A DNA stretch of 54,422 nt, the filler included, from Catajapyx aquilonaris (Eukaryota): assembly GCA_000934665.2 (NCBI GenBank). It is 2 parts of 2 records of this genome, joined end to end, with 100 filler letters (N's around TTAATTAATTAA, not from the genome) between each part and the next. Parts side by side here need not be neighbours in the genome. Positions count along the whole stretch, not along the records: positions 1 to 27,162 come from JYFJ02005098.1; 1 more part is not named here. One strand, 5' to 3'. Made by a program: the position numbers and the translations under genes. The notes under the pieces are model-generated. The model was not told where the DNA came from. It did not search any database and was given only the letters and a program-made list of their open reading frames with translations. Position 1 is the first letter of the stretch. Each line of letters opens with the position of its first letter. Positions 1-12,817 of this stretch are shown here, piece after piece.

Positions 1-319
1 TGGTCGGAAAGCAGAGTTGACTACGAGCTCATGATAATACAAAATAATTCTTGCACAAATTAGTACACCATAAAAGACTGCTTCTGTTGTCTCTTGTGCC
101 ATTATAATCGGTCCAATCCCACATAGAGAAAAATGTGTTCAAAAATGGACAAATTGTGATTTTATTATCATTTTAATGCATTTTTTGAGCCTGCTTGGCC
201 TAGCCTTGTATATTTTTTGAAAAGGTGTATTGGTAGCAGTCTAGCAGGAAAATTGAAAAAAAAAACACGACAAAATTTTGTGATTTGTGTCCATAGGAAA
301 TAAAGAGCGATTGCATTTC

Positions 320-323
<4 letters not shown>

Positions 324-367
<44 letters not shown>
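324..367. repeat. (AT)n microsatellite
   Basis: Uninterrupted AT dinucleotide run. Confidence 0.98.
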
Positions 368-369
<2 letters not shown>

Positions 370-510
370 AACGACTAATGGAAAATAAAATCTCGGATTA
401 TTTTTTCGCTGTTCATTACCTTTACTTTTATATAGGCCTTTATAATATAGCGTAGTTTATGCATATAACCTACTCACACATCCTGCAGGAAAGTACTTTA
501 TAATGTCTAA

Positions 511-749
511 AGGTCGCTTCACAAACTCGGAATTGCAAAAGCGGGGCGTGTGGGCATTCCGCTCATCACACGCAGAAAGTCCACCCGGTTGGACTCCAGC
601 GCAACGCTCGCGCTCGGTCATCGCACGCAGCATTTGTGAATAGCCCTTCGCAAATGTTCCGCGCTCCGCACGCCCCTCTCTCGTAAATCCGAGTTTGTAA
701 AACGGGCATTTCGCCCCGCTTTCGCAACGCCGAGTTTGTGAAGCGGCCG
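511..749. mobile_element. PIF/Harbinger-type MITE
   Basis: ~38-bp imperfect TIRs (aggtcgcttcacaaactcgg... / ...ccgagtttgtgaagcggccg) flanked by TAA on both sides (508-510, 750-752); TWA TSD is typical of PIF/Harbinger. Confidence 0.8.
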
Positions 750-1379
750 TAACTCGCTTTGCGAGGCGAGGGGGCGGGGCCCCACCGCATCCCCCTGTGG
801 GGCGGCGCCCCACTTGCGCGCCTTCGGTGCGAATTGTTAGGGTCCCGGGCAGGTCCCCATCGGCCTCCGTAACTATGCGAGGCCCGCGCTGCAGGTGCAC
901 CAGGCTGTCCCCACGACCGATACTCTTCGATGCGAACACAGCGCGTGTTTATACGCAAAAATTGGTCGGAGTGAGGGCTCATCCGGTGACTAAACATCCA
1001 CCACTAACGTCACCGCTACAGGTGAGGACATTCCGAACTCGTCTCTGACGTATCATTCACACGGAAGGTTTGAGTCAGTCCGTGGTTTCAGTCGAGAGTG
1101 AACTAGATGGCAGCGGGAGTGGGGGTAGGGTGGCGGATGGGTGGGTGTGCTATTGTTCACCCAGGCTTCTATATAATCCCTGGCTTAACCAACATAATTA
1201 TGGCAAAGGCCGGAAATTTAAAAATTCGTTTTTTTATATCTCGAAAACTGCTGGGAGTTTTGCGATTAGGAGATTTTTCGATTCCCAATTGATTTTCGCA
1301 GCTATTTTTTGAGACCACTCCCAGTCCTCTACGACGCCGAGAACCATCCTACATCCTCCTCGGATGTGGGCTTTATATA

Positions 1380-1718
1380 CAGGGTGTTTCTACTGTTTCA
1401 ACTTTTTTGTTCGAAGAGTTATCGGAAAATTGCACGTAGCTGCTACTTTGTAAGCAGTGACTTGCAAACGGTGATTTTTTGGAGGAACGGGAAATATTCT
1501 CTGCGAATCGTAGGTGGAAGTGGCATACGTGCTGCCCGCTGAAAATTGAGGGTTAAGCCTGGAAAAAAAAGGGTCACACATGCCATGGGATGTGTGACCC
1601 TCTTTTTCCCCATTCCCCATTCCCCCGACAAATCACCGGTTGCAAGTCACTGCTTACAAAGTAGCAGCTACGTGCAATTTTCCGATAACTGTTCGGACAA
1701 AAAAGTTGAAACACCCTA
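1380..1718. mobile_element. Tc1/mariner-type MITE with long (~90-100 bp) TIRs
   Basis: TA|cagggtgtttc... and ...gaaacaccct(a)|TA; arms such as gttatcggaaaattgcacgtagctgctactttgtaagcagtgacttgcaa are matched in reverse complement; internal hairpin gggtcacacat/atgtgtgaccc at ~1571-1600. Confidence 0.85.
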
Positions 1719-4643
1719 TATACTGGATACAATGTGAGTACATGTTGTATTAGCTATGAAAAGAGTCGTTATACTGTATTGTAATGTAGTACTCGGAGCG
1801 CTACATATTCTGCCTTTTGCTTTTAATAAATTCATAATTTCGTTATTTGAATATTTATTATATTTTAAAATACGTTCAATCTGCCTTTAGTTAAATCCGC
1901 GTATAGATACGAAACCAGCACATAAGGAACTGTACTCCCCCGTCATCCCTGTCCATACTGTTACGAGTTGAGCGAGCTCTTCTTATGATATTTGGAAATT
2001 TCCTCCGAAAATGTTTACAAACTTGCAGTCTGGCAATTTTAAGAAACTTGCCCAAGAAAGGGTCCGGGCATCACCGGTGTGCATGCGGACCACGTAACTA
2101 ACTTCCTGCAAGGTTGGGAAGGGTTCCGAAAGTTTTGCCGGAATCTTCCTGGCGTTTATGGGGAACGTTGCCAACAAGTGGAGTTTACAAAAAACACCAA
2201 CACGGCTATAAGGTTCTAGACGTATCTCGAGTAAGATTTTTAAAGATTATATAAGTGTGGCTTTGGGAACTTTTTTTGTGACGGAGGCAAGCCGAAATGA
2301 CCGAATAAGCTCATGAGTGTAAGATATACCACTATATCCATATACGGTACTAATTCTGTATTTTTTGATGATGGTTGACTTACATCACTATAAAGGAGTC
2401 TTAAAGAGATGTCATAATAATGTTTGTTACACCAATGTCAATAGAATGACTAGTTTTTACGAGGTTGTATAAAGATATAGTTTATTTTCTCATTTATTTA
2501 GTTTATTTCCCTATTATCGAATGTTGTTGTATCAAGATTTAAGAGAAGACATTTCCTCTTCTGTAATGCTTTTTGAATGTTGTGCACATTCTAATGGACG
2601 TCACTGTATAGAGTACGGTACATTATTATTTTGTTACTATGCAGATCCCATCCACTGCCTTATCTGAATATGACACTCCCCATTGAAACCCAAACGCCGT
2701 AACCTAAGGCAGTATAGGTAATAGGTTCGCCTAGATAATGAGTTGTCATACCTCTTGTATTATAATTTCCGAGAAATCTTGTGTCGAATTTATAACATGA
2801 CAACCAGCGCCCTGGCGAGCTTCTCGTCACCTTCAGTTATCGCAGTGGGTTGTCCGCAGTGGGTGACATTCAGACAAAGCGGTAGGTGGAATCTGCCTTA
2901 TAGAAAAAATAATTGGCAACAGTTTTGTTCACATGAATGATGAACCAAATTCTTTGGCTTTCCGTAGCCAAGGTTCCACATGAAGAGTCCAGGGGAAAAA
3001 GGGGGGAATCATGTCAAATTCCATTGGGGTTCCTGCCAAGTGCACAGTACAATAGTAGCGTAGGTGCCACTTATACCTGGAGGCCAAGCTGGAGGCTTTC
3101 CATGGGTACAAGGGGGACAGTTGCATATAATGACGTGAAGATATCCCTAGCTATTATTCCTTATACACGTGAAGAAATAAAGCAATTTCTTCGATTTATC
3201 ACGAACATTTTTTGTGTGACATTCCCCCTTTTTCCCTTGGACTCTTCACATATACAGTAGGCCTATATTCCTCCTGTCATTTTAAAGCCTATTTTAGACA
3301 GAGATCTATTACGAGATGAAGTATTAACCTCAAAAAAATTTATTCCACATGTTCCGGCCAATGATCTTAATTTTCCAATCAGAACCTGTTGGCCTTGCTG
3401 GATATTTTTTGTTAGAATCGTTTGTAACTTGACTGACTTTCCTAGCTCTCACATTTACCTCTCAACTATACAGCCAGACCTGTGACTTGATATGTCGCAT
3501 GACAATATAATAATATACCGCGTCAGTATGATGTGACTGAAAAGGTGACGAGATGTGACTCGCTCGTTCCTGTGAAACAAAGGTTAATCTGTGACGCCGA
3601 GAACAAGGAAACAACTGCTTATTTAAGCTTCATGAGGGCCTGTAATTAGTCATGGTCAACCATGCGTGATATATGAAACAATGCCACAGAAATGCGGACT
3701 TGTTGTCACGCAGACGAGAAAAGTGGGGGGAACTGGGACAAAAAGAAATAACAGAGGTACAAACCCGAGCTTGTCAACTTGGTTAGGAACTGCCTTCATG
3801 CGGCTGAATTATTTATCAGGTGGATGTGCTGCGTATAAGCAAACGTGGTAATGCAAAGGCGGTAGCATGTAGAACGAAACTGTGACGATTGAGTGGACTA
3901 TAATGTATGGAATATTTGAGGTTGTGTTATGGCACATGATTTACGACCAGGACCGTCACAGTCAACACGGGATGATATGCAGACAAAGGGTGACGAACCT
4001 TCCCCGGTCGAGGCTAACTATACCGTTTTTCATATCCGTTCATATTTTCATACGGTATTAATTTTTAAAAGATATTCAGTAGCCGAGAACTATTTGGAAC
4101 TAAATGGAACTAAATGGTTGGAATTATCATTTAATTTGAATATAATTAATATCAAAGGTTAACTAGTCAACAACACAAGTTGTTCGAAAGGGAGATAAAA
4201 TAGACCGTCGCATAGCCGCAAAGAAAAGCTTGTGAAGCCTACTTTTGAAAAAACCAGCCAGTTAATAAAATTGTCAGCTTCAATCACTTCCCGAATCGGA
4301 AATGAGATTTCAGATATTGACATAGTCATTAATTTAGTTTCTAGTGGAATGAGAATTGTGCTAAAATGGGTGACTTGGAAGCAATGCTTGCTCGAGCTGA
4401 TTCACGTGTGGCTGGTCCATTTCGCTGTGTAATTCACACTCTTGTTTCACCATATTCCGCCGCCGTCGATAGTTTATTAAGGACAAATGGCTGAGTAAGG
4501 GTAAGACGGAACCAATCGATGCGATGTGGAGAACAGCGGCACTCAGGGAAGCAGTTTGTACCCGCACACCACTGGGAACCGGCTTCACAATAACATATTA
4601 CTTTACAATGCTATATAATGTATGTGTATATAATATAATATAC

Positions 4644-4937
4644 CGAAGCAGTTTGGTGGAGTGGCTATAGGGTCCGACTGCTAATCGGGAGGTCCTGGGT
4701 TCGAGCCCCGGGGCCGGCAATTCTAACCGTGGTTTTCTGTGGTTGCCCACGGTCCCTCCAGGAGAATTCCGGGGTTGCTTCCTAATTAAAAAGGCCACAG
4801 CCGCCTCCTTCCTTCCCTATCCTATTCCAAAAAGCAAAAAGTAAACATTTAAGCAAGAGTTCCAGACAAAACAAAAATCCCCCCTAAAGAGCCGAAAAAG
4901 GCTGATAACGGGTATGATATTAATATTATTATTATTT
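4644..4937 (+). mobile_element. tRNA-derived SINE, Lm1-like family (copy 1)
   Basis: A-box-like tggtggagtgg, B box ggttcgagcc, body ...aggccacagccgcctccttcc recalled as similar to orthopteran Lm1-type SINEs, (ATT)n tail, 13-bp TSD taatataatatac (4631-4643 / 4938-4950). Homologous to 37584-37879 and 41822-42045. Confidence 0.88.
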
Positions 4938-7900
4938 TAATATAATATACGTATACTCATACTGCACCGAGATGCCAAAACCTTTCTCTCCGCCTCCTCT
5001 CACCATGGCCCAAAAAGACTTCCCAACTTTTGAATGATGCAGGAATAGAGGGAAACTTTCGGGAAAGAACTAAGGATGGAGGAACTACATAATAATAATC
5101 AGTTAAGTTTGGGAACAAAGTAGGCTACACTAAAATATATTAGAATGAAGTCGTTCGCATTGGGCTTATTGCTGTCAAAGACATTCTGCTAAAAGGCGCA
5201 CATGTAAATACGATTTACATTGATCAAGAATCATCGTGCGGTTTTTATAACTTGATAAATTATCAGAGTTTATTATTTTATCATTGTGTGATGATCTGAT
5301 CTGAGCTCCCCCTCTGAACCCATAAGAGGCAAACATTTCATATCAAGCTAAGGTTTTTCCACCACATCGAGCGCAGGCCCGGTAATGTTCTTGTTTGCAC
5401 TTGAAGTAATTTTTAATATACAGTAGGCCTACATGTAGACCTACATGAAATCAAGTTCTTGGGAGGGGTAGGGTAGGCATGCCGCAACTAGGGCCGTCCT
5501 GCTGGCTGTGTCACATCATTAAATATATTACCTATCGTTTAGTACCATTTCAAGCAATTACGCTGACTAAGTTTTCAACTTATGGAATTGACCTATAATT
5601 ATGTACGATGGGAAATCAATAATAGCAATACTCTATAATCGTTTCAAACGCACTGCAATGAAGATACAGTTACTGGGCGTCACATCTTTTAAACATAACA
5701 AGATATTTTAAAATATTTTCTTATTCTTCAAATTACATTCTCGCAGGTGTATCCAAAATCACAATGATTTGACCGCCGATTCTAATGACAACATCCAAGC
5801 GTAACTTTTTCAGATCACCCAAGAGCACTTGGGAGGGTTCGACTGCAGATGCTAATATAAGGGTTGGAGGCTTTTCAAAACCTCCCAGCGGCAGCAGTGG
5901 CTCTGCATAGCGACACTTGCCAACATATGTCAGTATTGGCTAGTACGTGCACTTTTGTGTTTAGTCACGTCCGGCTTGAAAAGCTCCTTGTTACAGGCTT
6001 TTACAGATGAAGGCCTGAAATGCTGAACGATCAGAGTCACACTTTGCTGCTTTCGAAGTATTAGCGTTTGAAATTTGAAGATTACATTAGGGTTCTGTAA
6101 TTGCCCTATTCCAAAAGTGATTGGAACACCTGAGGGCTATATTAAACAATTCCTAATTCAATTTCGACCAAAATGTCACAGATCGTTCTGAATTACAATT
6201 ATTATTCGGATAAAAATTCTAAATTGTTCGAAAAAACGTCATGATTTTTGACTGATCATTAGCAACAAACTATTATCGAACGGCAACGGAGGCGGAATTG
6301 GATTTCACCACAAATGGCAGCAAGTGAAAGCTCACAAATACCACTACACTATGTTGGAATCAAGCCGAACAGGCTCAAATATGAGCTACTGCCAGAACAC
6401 ACAATAGTTGACCAATATAGGCCTACTTGCTTCTTTCCATACTTGTGTTGTTCCTTATCAATTGAAGTAAATGGACTGAATGAACGGTAGAGTAGTAGCG
6501 AGTGTGAAATGTAGTGGTTGAAAGAGGGAAAAAAGGCAAACAAAGTTTGATATCATAGACCTGGAAAAGGAATCAGGCGCAACAGAGGTGGGGGTGTTTA
6601 GGAGGTGGGGGTGGGGGTTATCTGGCTTTGAATGGGCGGTGTCGTCAAAAGCGGCCGACACGCAGCTGCAAAATTGCCTGTGACTCCTACTCATTTACCG
6701 GGTGTGGTTGAGATTATCTATGCGGCCAACGTGAGGATGATTGCCGCCTGGCCAGCTTCCGCCCTCAATCATGCCACTTGACGCGACGAAGAAAAAATAT
6801 ATAAAAAATGGAAGAAAGATGGGGAGAGAAAATGCCACACTCTACATATACACACAAGAAAACCTCCAAGTCTCTTTCTATGTCAGGCTTATAGCTTTCA
6901 TCCTAGTCTCCCAAAATGAAATTCCAGCCCCGGGGCGTCATTAGATAACAACATGGCAAGATTCCTTCTTTGATAGCCCCTTAAATTACATTGATGACAC
7001 GCCGCTAACTTGATGAAATTTCTCCAAATGCACTGTATCGTGCTTCTTGATGTACTCTAGTTACCAGTGAAGGGAGAAGCGAGACTATTTTTTCCTCAAG
7101 TGCCAACACATTAATGAACTACTGTTGTCTGTTAATGCAACCTCTGCTACCAATCTCGTTACACACTAAAAGTAACTACTTAAAAGTAAGCAGCTTAGTA
7201 TCATAAAATACACATTTGGAACAACAGATTTTTCCAAAGGTAACTGCATGCTATGAGTTGTGTGCAAAATGAAATTTTTCCAATATCTGTAACAAGCTAC
7301 CGTATATTAGGAAATGAGTTTGAAAGGTGGATAGGAGAGCTGCTCTTGACTAAAACGACGCATCAGGCCGTTTTTTCTTTCTCAAGCTTTTTATTGTCGG
7401 CATAGGAGGACAGGAGCGAGAGAAAAAATCCGGCTACATTTGCGTCGCAATATCTTTCCATGTGTTTGAAGACCCTACCCGAGCACTTCCGTCATTTCAT
7501 GGGGCATAATAAAAATGTGTTCGTCCATAATTCAGGCAAGTACATAAGAGCCTTGATAGAATTAGAGAGAGGAGTAGTAAAAGGAAAGGAGGAAAAATGG
7601 TGTCTGACTCGGAATGGCGCAATGGAGTTTCTTTTATTTCTTTTTCTGCGTGAAAAAGAGCCCGGTGCACTCCGATGGCTCAATTTGCATATGCTTCGCG
7701 ATGTCATATCTCTTCAATTTAGCGTCGGTTGAGAAAACACTCCTAATTGCATGTGACGTCATATCGCCTGGAAAGAAATTCTCTCGAGTAAAAAAACGAA
7801 ATGTCTGGATATAAAATGTAAACAGTGAGATAGGCCCACTGTACTTGTCCCTGGCGCATCGTTGGCCCGAAAGGTGAAGCCCATTTGGCAAAACTTGTTA

Positions 7901-8279
7901 CATACACCCTGTTAGATATGTGTGTCAGCATAATACATTTAGTATTGTCCGCCCTGGATGTGTGCGCTATATTTCAGTGGGCGTTTCATAAATGCGGAAT
8001 GGGCACAAACAAGCGAGAATGCGCATGCAAACGTTGTTTGTTTAAGCATTCATATCTCGATCACGTATATTACGCAAATGGAAACGTGCAAGCTTGATGT
8101 TTTAAAAAAGCCATCGAAAGAGGCATTCAAACCAACGCGACGTGGTGCATTGCCACCTCAATGTTGACTGGCCTACTGCAACTTGATTAATACAGCACAT
8201 TCCGCAATTAATTCATCCATGAAGTAATATATTGCTATTATGAAGGGAGCAATTTTAGCACTTTTGACCAAGCGGTTAA

Positions 8280-8374
8280 CCACTCGACTGTAAAGTGTAC
8301 ACTGGAGTACCAAATTCAAGGAGTACCTGGGAGTACCTCTGCAGGTGTACACCGGAGTACCGGTACCGAAGTGG
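8280..8374. mobile_element. Tiny piggyBac-like MITE
   Basis: TTAA|ccact...agtgg|TTAA, with internal ggagtacc x4 and gtgtacac x2. Confidence 0.55.
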
Positions 8375-8402
8375 TTAACCCCTTGCTTTGCTGATGATTA
8401 AG

Positions 8403-8457
<55 letters not shown>
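8403..8457. repeat. (AAC)n microsatellite
   Basis: Perfect trinucleotide run. Confidence 0.98.
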
Positions 8458-8904
8458 GATGCGTTTACACTGTTTACAGGATGAAGGAGAACATCAGAAG
8501 AAGGGTCTTAACACGTCAAAGTCTGCCTCCCCCGTCCATAGTTGTTTCCTTTCAGATTTTTAAAGGTAAAAGTACACTACACAAGCAATGAGTGTGCCAA
8601 GTTTAAGTTCTGCACAGTGTCGGAAAGTTGAAGAAAAACTGTGTCCTGACAGCTACCACATGGCTGTTTTACACATATAACCTAGCAGTAAAAGGATAGT
8701 CTTAAATTGAAACTGCGTGGCAAGCTCATAGAAGAAGAGCATACATATCACGGCTAACTTGTGCTAGTAAGCAACATCAGGCATAAACTTATAAGCACAA
8801 AAGATAAAGTGTTGCCATAATTATGATGCATTCATGAGGGAAAGATAATATTGGCCTATGTGTTTACGGGAGTCAACTTTCCAAAACATAATCTCTCCCA
8901 CTTA

Positions 8905-9532
8905 AGGTGCATTCACATATCCGCGATCTCGTGCCCAGCGACCGATTCGGTGCCCCGTCGCTGTCGCCGGAGCGTTCACGTATCCACGACGCGGTGCCCC
9001 CAGCGACGGAGTTCCCGTCCAGCGACCGTTTTGGTGCCCGTCGCCAGGATCTGCTAGATCCAGATACCTGCGACGGCAGACACACGGTCGCTGGCGATAA
9101 AAGTCACGTCTAGGTCATGTGTAGTCCATTTTGGCCAATAGAATGCCAGGCCTTGCATGGGCCGGCTTGGGCTCTGCAGTTGGGTCATTGGACCGCCATC
9201 TTTGATAATGGCTCCATTAAAAACTTAAATTATTTTACAATTACAAACGTCCATGGAGTTGTCCCCTGACCATATCAGATGGCCGGTTGCAAATTTGTTT
9301 CGGAAATATGCCTTCCAAGCCTGTACTTTGAGTGATAAAAGGCCGGCTCTCAGCGGAGGCCAGCTTAGCCGCCATGTTTTTTTCGGGCATGAGATCGTGG
9401 CGACGGCTTACGTGAATGCTGTCACGACGCCGTGCCCGAAACAGCGCTGCGACCGGGCGACATCATGCCCGCGACGTCGCTCGGGCACGGGGTCGTGGTC
9501 GCAGTCGCAATCGCGGATATGTGAATGCACCT
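8905..9532. mobile_element. PIF/Harbinger-type MITE
   Basis: TIRs aggtgcattcacatatccgcgat / atcgcggatatgtgaatgcacct, TTA TSD (8902-8904, 9533-9535), GC-rich subterminal gtgccc/gtcg repeats. Confidence 0.85.
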
Positions 9533-12455
9533 TTATCCTGGAATCATTCCTGGACAGAGGGCGCCAGTTTCTACTCCTTGAGTGCCTCATCTGGCAACAC
9601 TGTGACTTTGAAATTATTCCGGTTCGGCGCTATTCTTTCAGCCCGTTTATTTATGCCTTGTTACCACCAGAACAATTTTCGCTAGAATGATGTTATCGGT
9701 AGGAAACACATTTTTCTCCTCTACGGCATAGAAATGTTTAGCCTAAGCCAAACTGTATATAAATAACTCCACCAATGATCAACACTGTAATTTCAGTCTT
9801 GGTCAATATTGACATGTTGATTTGAAGCAAAGTACCGGTGCCTACAAGCCATGTAGCATAATATACAGCAACATGTCGCCGCAGCCTATGTATCTCTTGC
9901 TTATATCGATACCTACTGCGATAATGAGCCTTTGCAATATTGGATGTGTGAGCGTAAAATTATCGACATGCTGAAACGCGTGTGAATGAGTCTATGGCAT
10001 GATGTGGCGAAAAACAATTGGCTGTAGTAGTAGCAAATTAGTTTCAGCCATGTTTATACAGGAGAAGATGCGAGGCAACGCCACATGCTGCAACTGATAT
10101 CGGATATCCAGTGCCAGAGGAGAACCTCCATGCCAATAAATGGTGGTAAAGCTCTATTCCGGAACTAACTGGTATCGTCATCTCTAAGAAGGATGAGAAG
10201 CTGTTTGCAACACTCTGAATTGGCTTCATTGCTAAGGCTTTAAAATGTATTACATAACCTTTGCTTTAAGACAAAATCGTCTGAACATTATTGTACCGAA
10301 TAATAATGATGATGATGAACATAAAGATGGGGATAGGCTGGGTAAGTAGTTCCACTGTAAAAGCGGCGATGTATGCTCCAACACTGTTGTATCAGTTATC
10401 TACTGTACTAGACATCATTATCAATATTTACTCTACCACATGAAACAGCATTATAACAGAGACATAACAAGGTTTACAGTGAATTTGCTGGAGCTCCTGA
10501 CTCAGTCTGGTACAATATCACCAGAATAATGCAACTACTCTCCTATTTCGCAGTAAAGCCTCTGTTTCTTTTACACCAAACATTATCTAAACAATCGTAG
10601 CAGCGTGTAATGTGTAAGCTAATATCCGTACAGGTGGAAATGTTATGCATGGGCCCTTTGGAAGCAAACAATTATTATTACAACTTTACTTAACATTGCC
10701 TAGTACAATAATAGCAGTACTTTTAGACTTATTGTGCACTCCCTGACATGTGAACGATAACAGTCGTTGTTTTTATACCGGAGTAACCGCTAGTGTAAGA
10801 GCAAGCAGTGCTCACGCGCAGATCCGTCCACGCGTCTCTTATGTTTTCGGTTCTTGGTAGGAAAGGGGAAGCGGGCCGTTTAAAGGCGCTCCAACACTCT
10901 TCCACGCAACCATGCATTAGACCTAGGCCTACTTTTAATTATTATGCAAGATAACAAATCCGAGCGATTAACTTTTGGACAAGTGTACACTGTTCATGCT
11001 ATGCTCCTCACGCGTTTGTACGATATATTCACGCAACCACTTCTTTCGCATCAAAAGCTTGTTAATTAGAATTTTTTTACATGCGGGGAGATAAATTTGC
11101 TCGCAATTTCTAACATGTATTACGGACCAGTCAATTCCCGAGCCAGTGTTCCACCACCTCTCGCTACAAAAAATAACAAAATATTAAATAAAATAATCAA
11201 CTCCATTTACCTATTGCATTAAAATACTTTTGGTGGGAGCAGTTTAGTGATCATAACTCATCTTATAAAATAATGAACATAAGTTGGCAACAATGAATAT
11301 TCATAATATATCTCAGGCGTATGGTTCTTTGGGCGACCCACATGAGTCACAGCCAAATTATTGGAAGCGCAAATTCTTTGAAGAAAGCCTGTACTGTAGG
11401 TATAGGAACTGAAAAACCGTCCAGATGTGTCGTTAGGGCGGGAGGTCCCAAGAGTGCGGATAGTTGCTAGAGAACACGGAAAACCTTCATTGCAATATTT
11501 CTCCCGGATAAGGCTAATCGAGTTTGGCCCATTAATCGTTACGAATCGACATCTACTGCATTAATATCGCCGCAATAACTCTGATGAGCAAGATTTTAAT
11601 TGTTTATGGATCCTCCCGCGGCAAAAAAAACCTGGCAAAATGGAGCACTGGCAATAGCCCTGGTGAGAAATGGGGTCCATGCACGCGCCCCAGTGGTGGT
11701 CATTGCCCGTATCATTATGCTAATTGCCCACCTTGGCTTCCTGTTATTTAGTCTTCCATCATTCAAATGCAAAAATGTCGGGATGTTCACCAGTCAGGGT
11801 GAACAGAGGAAAAATTTCAAGACTAAGCTGCAAGGTGTAATTGGACCTCTCGCTTACAGCTCTACGGTACGTACATGTACTTATATAAATGTCACTGCAC
11901 TTGCCAACTGCACGTAATCATTTTCAGAGGTGTTACACGTAGTGATTAGATAATTTGCACCATTACGAATATGCACCTCTCGGTTTACGTTAATGCTTGG
12001 ATGGAAGCGAGTCACACGTAACGAGTGTGAGTTACTCGCATCATAACGTTACAGGTCCTATATCTTGTATGTTGTGTGTGCACACGCCGCTAGCAAATAT
12101 AACATTGGAGTTATTTTAATGAATGCATTATTATTATTATTAGACTCTACACTGTGTAGGGTGCTGCTGCTGAAATTTACATAGTGATTCGTGATTTTTT
12201 ATATTCTTAGTTTTTTGATTGAAGAATGCTGCAGGAAGTTATTAGAAGAAATTATTGTTACGGATGTGGCAATAACAATACCTTTCCTACTAGGTGCTTG
12301 TAGGTGCATATAATCTTTGAAATAATCAGCCTTTTGGACCATAAGTTAGAGACGCTAATGTTTGAAAAATGGCGAATACTTTTGAAATGCTATTTGTGTC
12401 CAAGACTGATGTGTGTTGCATTTCCAGTAGGCAACTCTGGGCCTAATTGTCACTT

Positions 12456-12817
12456 TTTTCTTTTTTTGTTGTTGTTTTTTAAATTGATACCCCGTGCTCG
12501 AGCCTTCGGCTCGTTTAGGGGGGTGGTAGACCACCATACAATTTTTCAATTTACTTCAAACTCCGTGCAAGGAATACTAGGATATAGGGTAGGGAAAGGG
12601 ATTGTTGGGGATAGGACACTTGTGCAGGTGCATTGTCCTATGGCTTTTGGTGCATGTGCTGTTCCCCAGGAGGTTAGGTTGCCAGACACCTCCTTGGTGC
12701 AGGTCAGAGACCCTCCCGACGCAGGTGAAAGAAAAGTTCCCCAGGCGGGGATCGAACCTGGGGCCTTTCACTCAGCAAGCCGTGACGTTACCATCACGGC
12801 CACCACACCTCCCCGCA
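12456..12817 (-). mobile_element. tRNA-derived SINE (second family)
   Basis: On the minus strand: head ggggaggtgtggtggccgtgatggtaac (A box), ggttcgatcccc (B box), 3' stem-loop ccccctaaacgagccgaaggctcgagcacggggtat, A-rich tail; 12-bp TSD taattgtcactt (12444-12455 / 12818-12829). Confidence 0.88.

Noticed and set aside
850..985. RNase MRP/P-like motifs (aggtcccc ... gagggctcat)
   Set aside because: P4 pairing is imperfect, the ACnnnA context and GARAR loop are absent, and the spacing is short.
457..1048. Overlapping 83-160 aa ORFs
   Set aside because: They are products of GC-rich MITE/island sequence with no homology or splice support.
4644..4720. Functional tRNA genes at SINE heads (also 37584, 40829, 12817, 48342)
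   Set aside because: Each continues into a SINE body and tail with TSDs, and the cloverleafs are incomplete.
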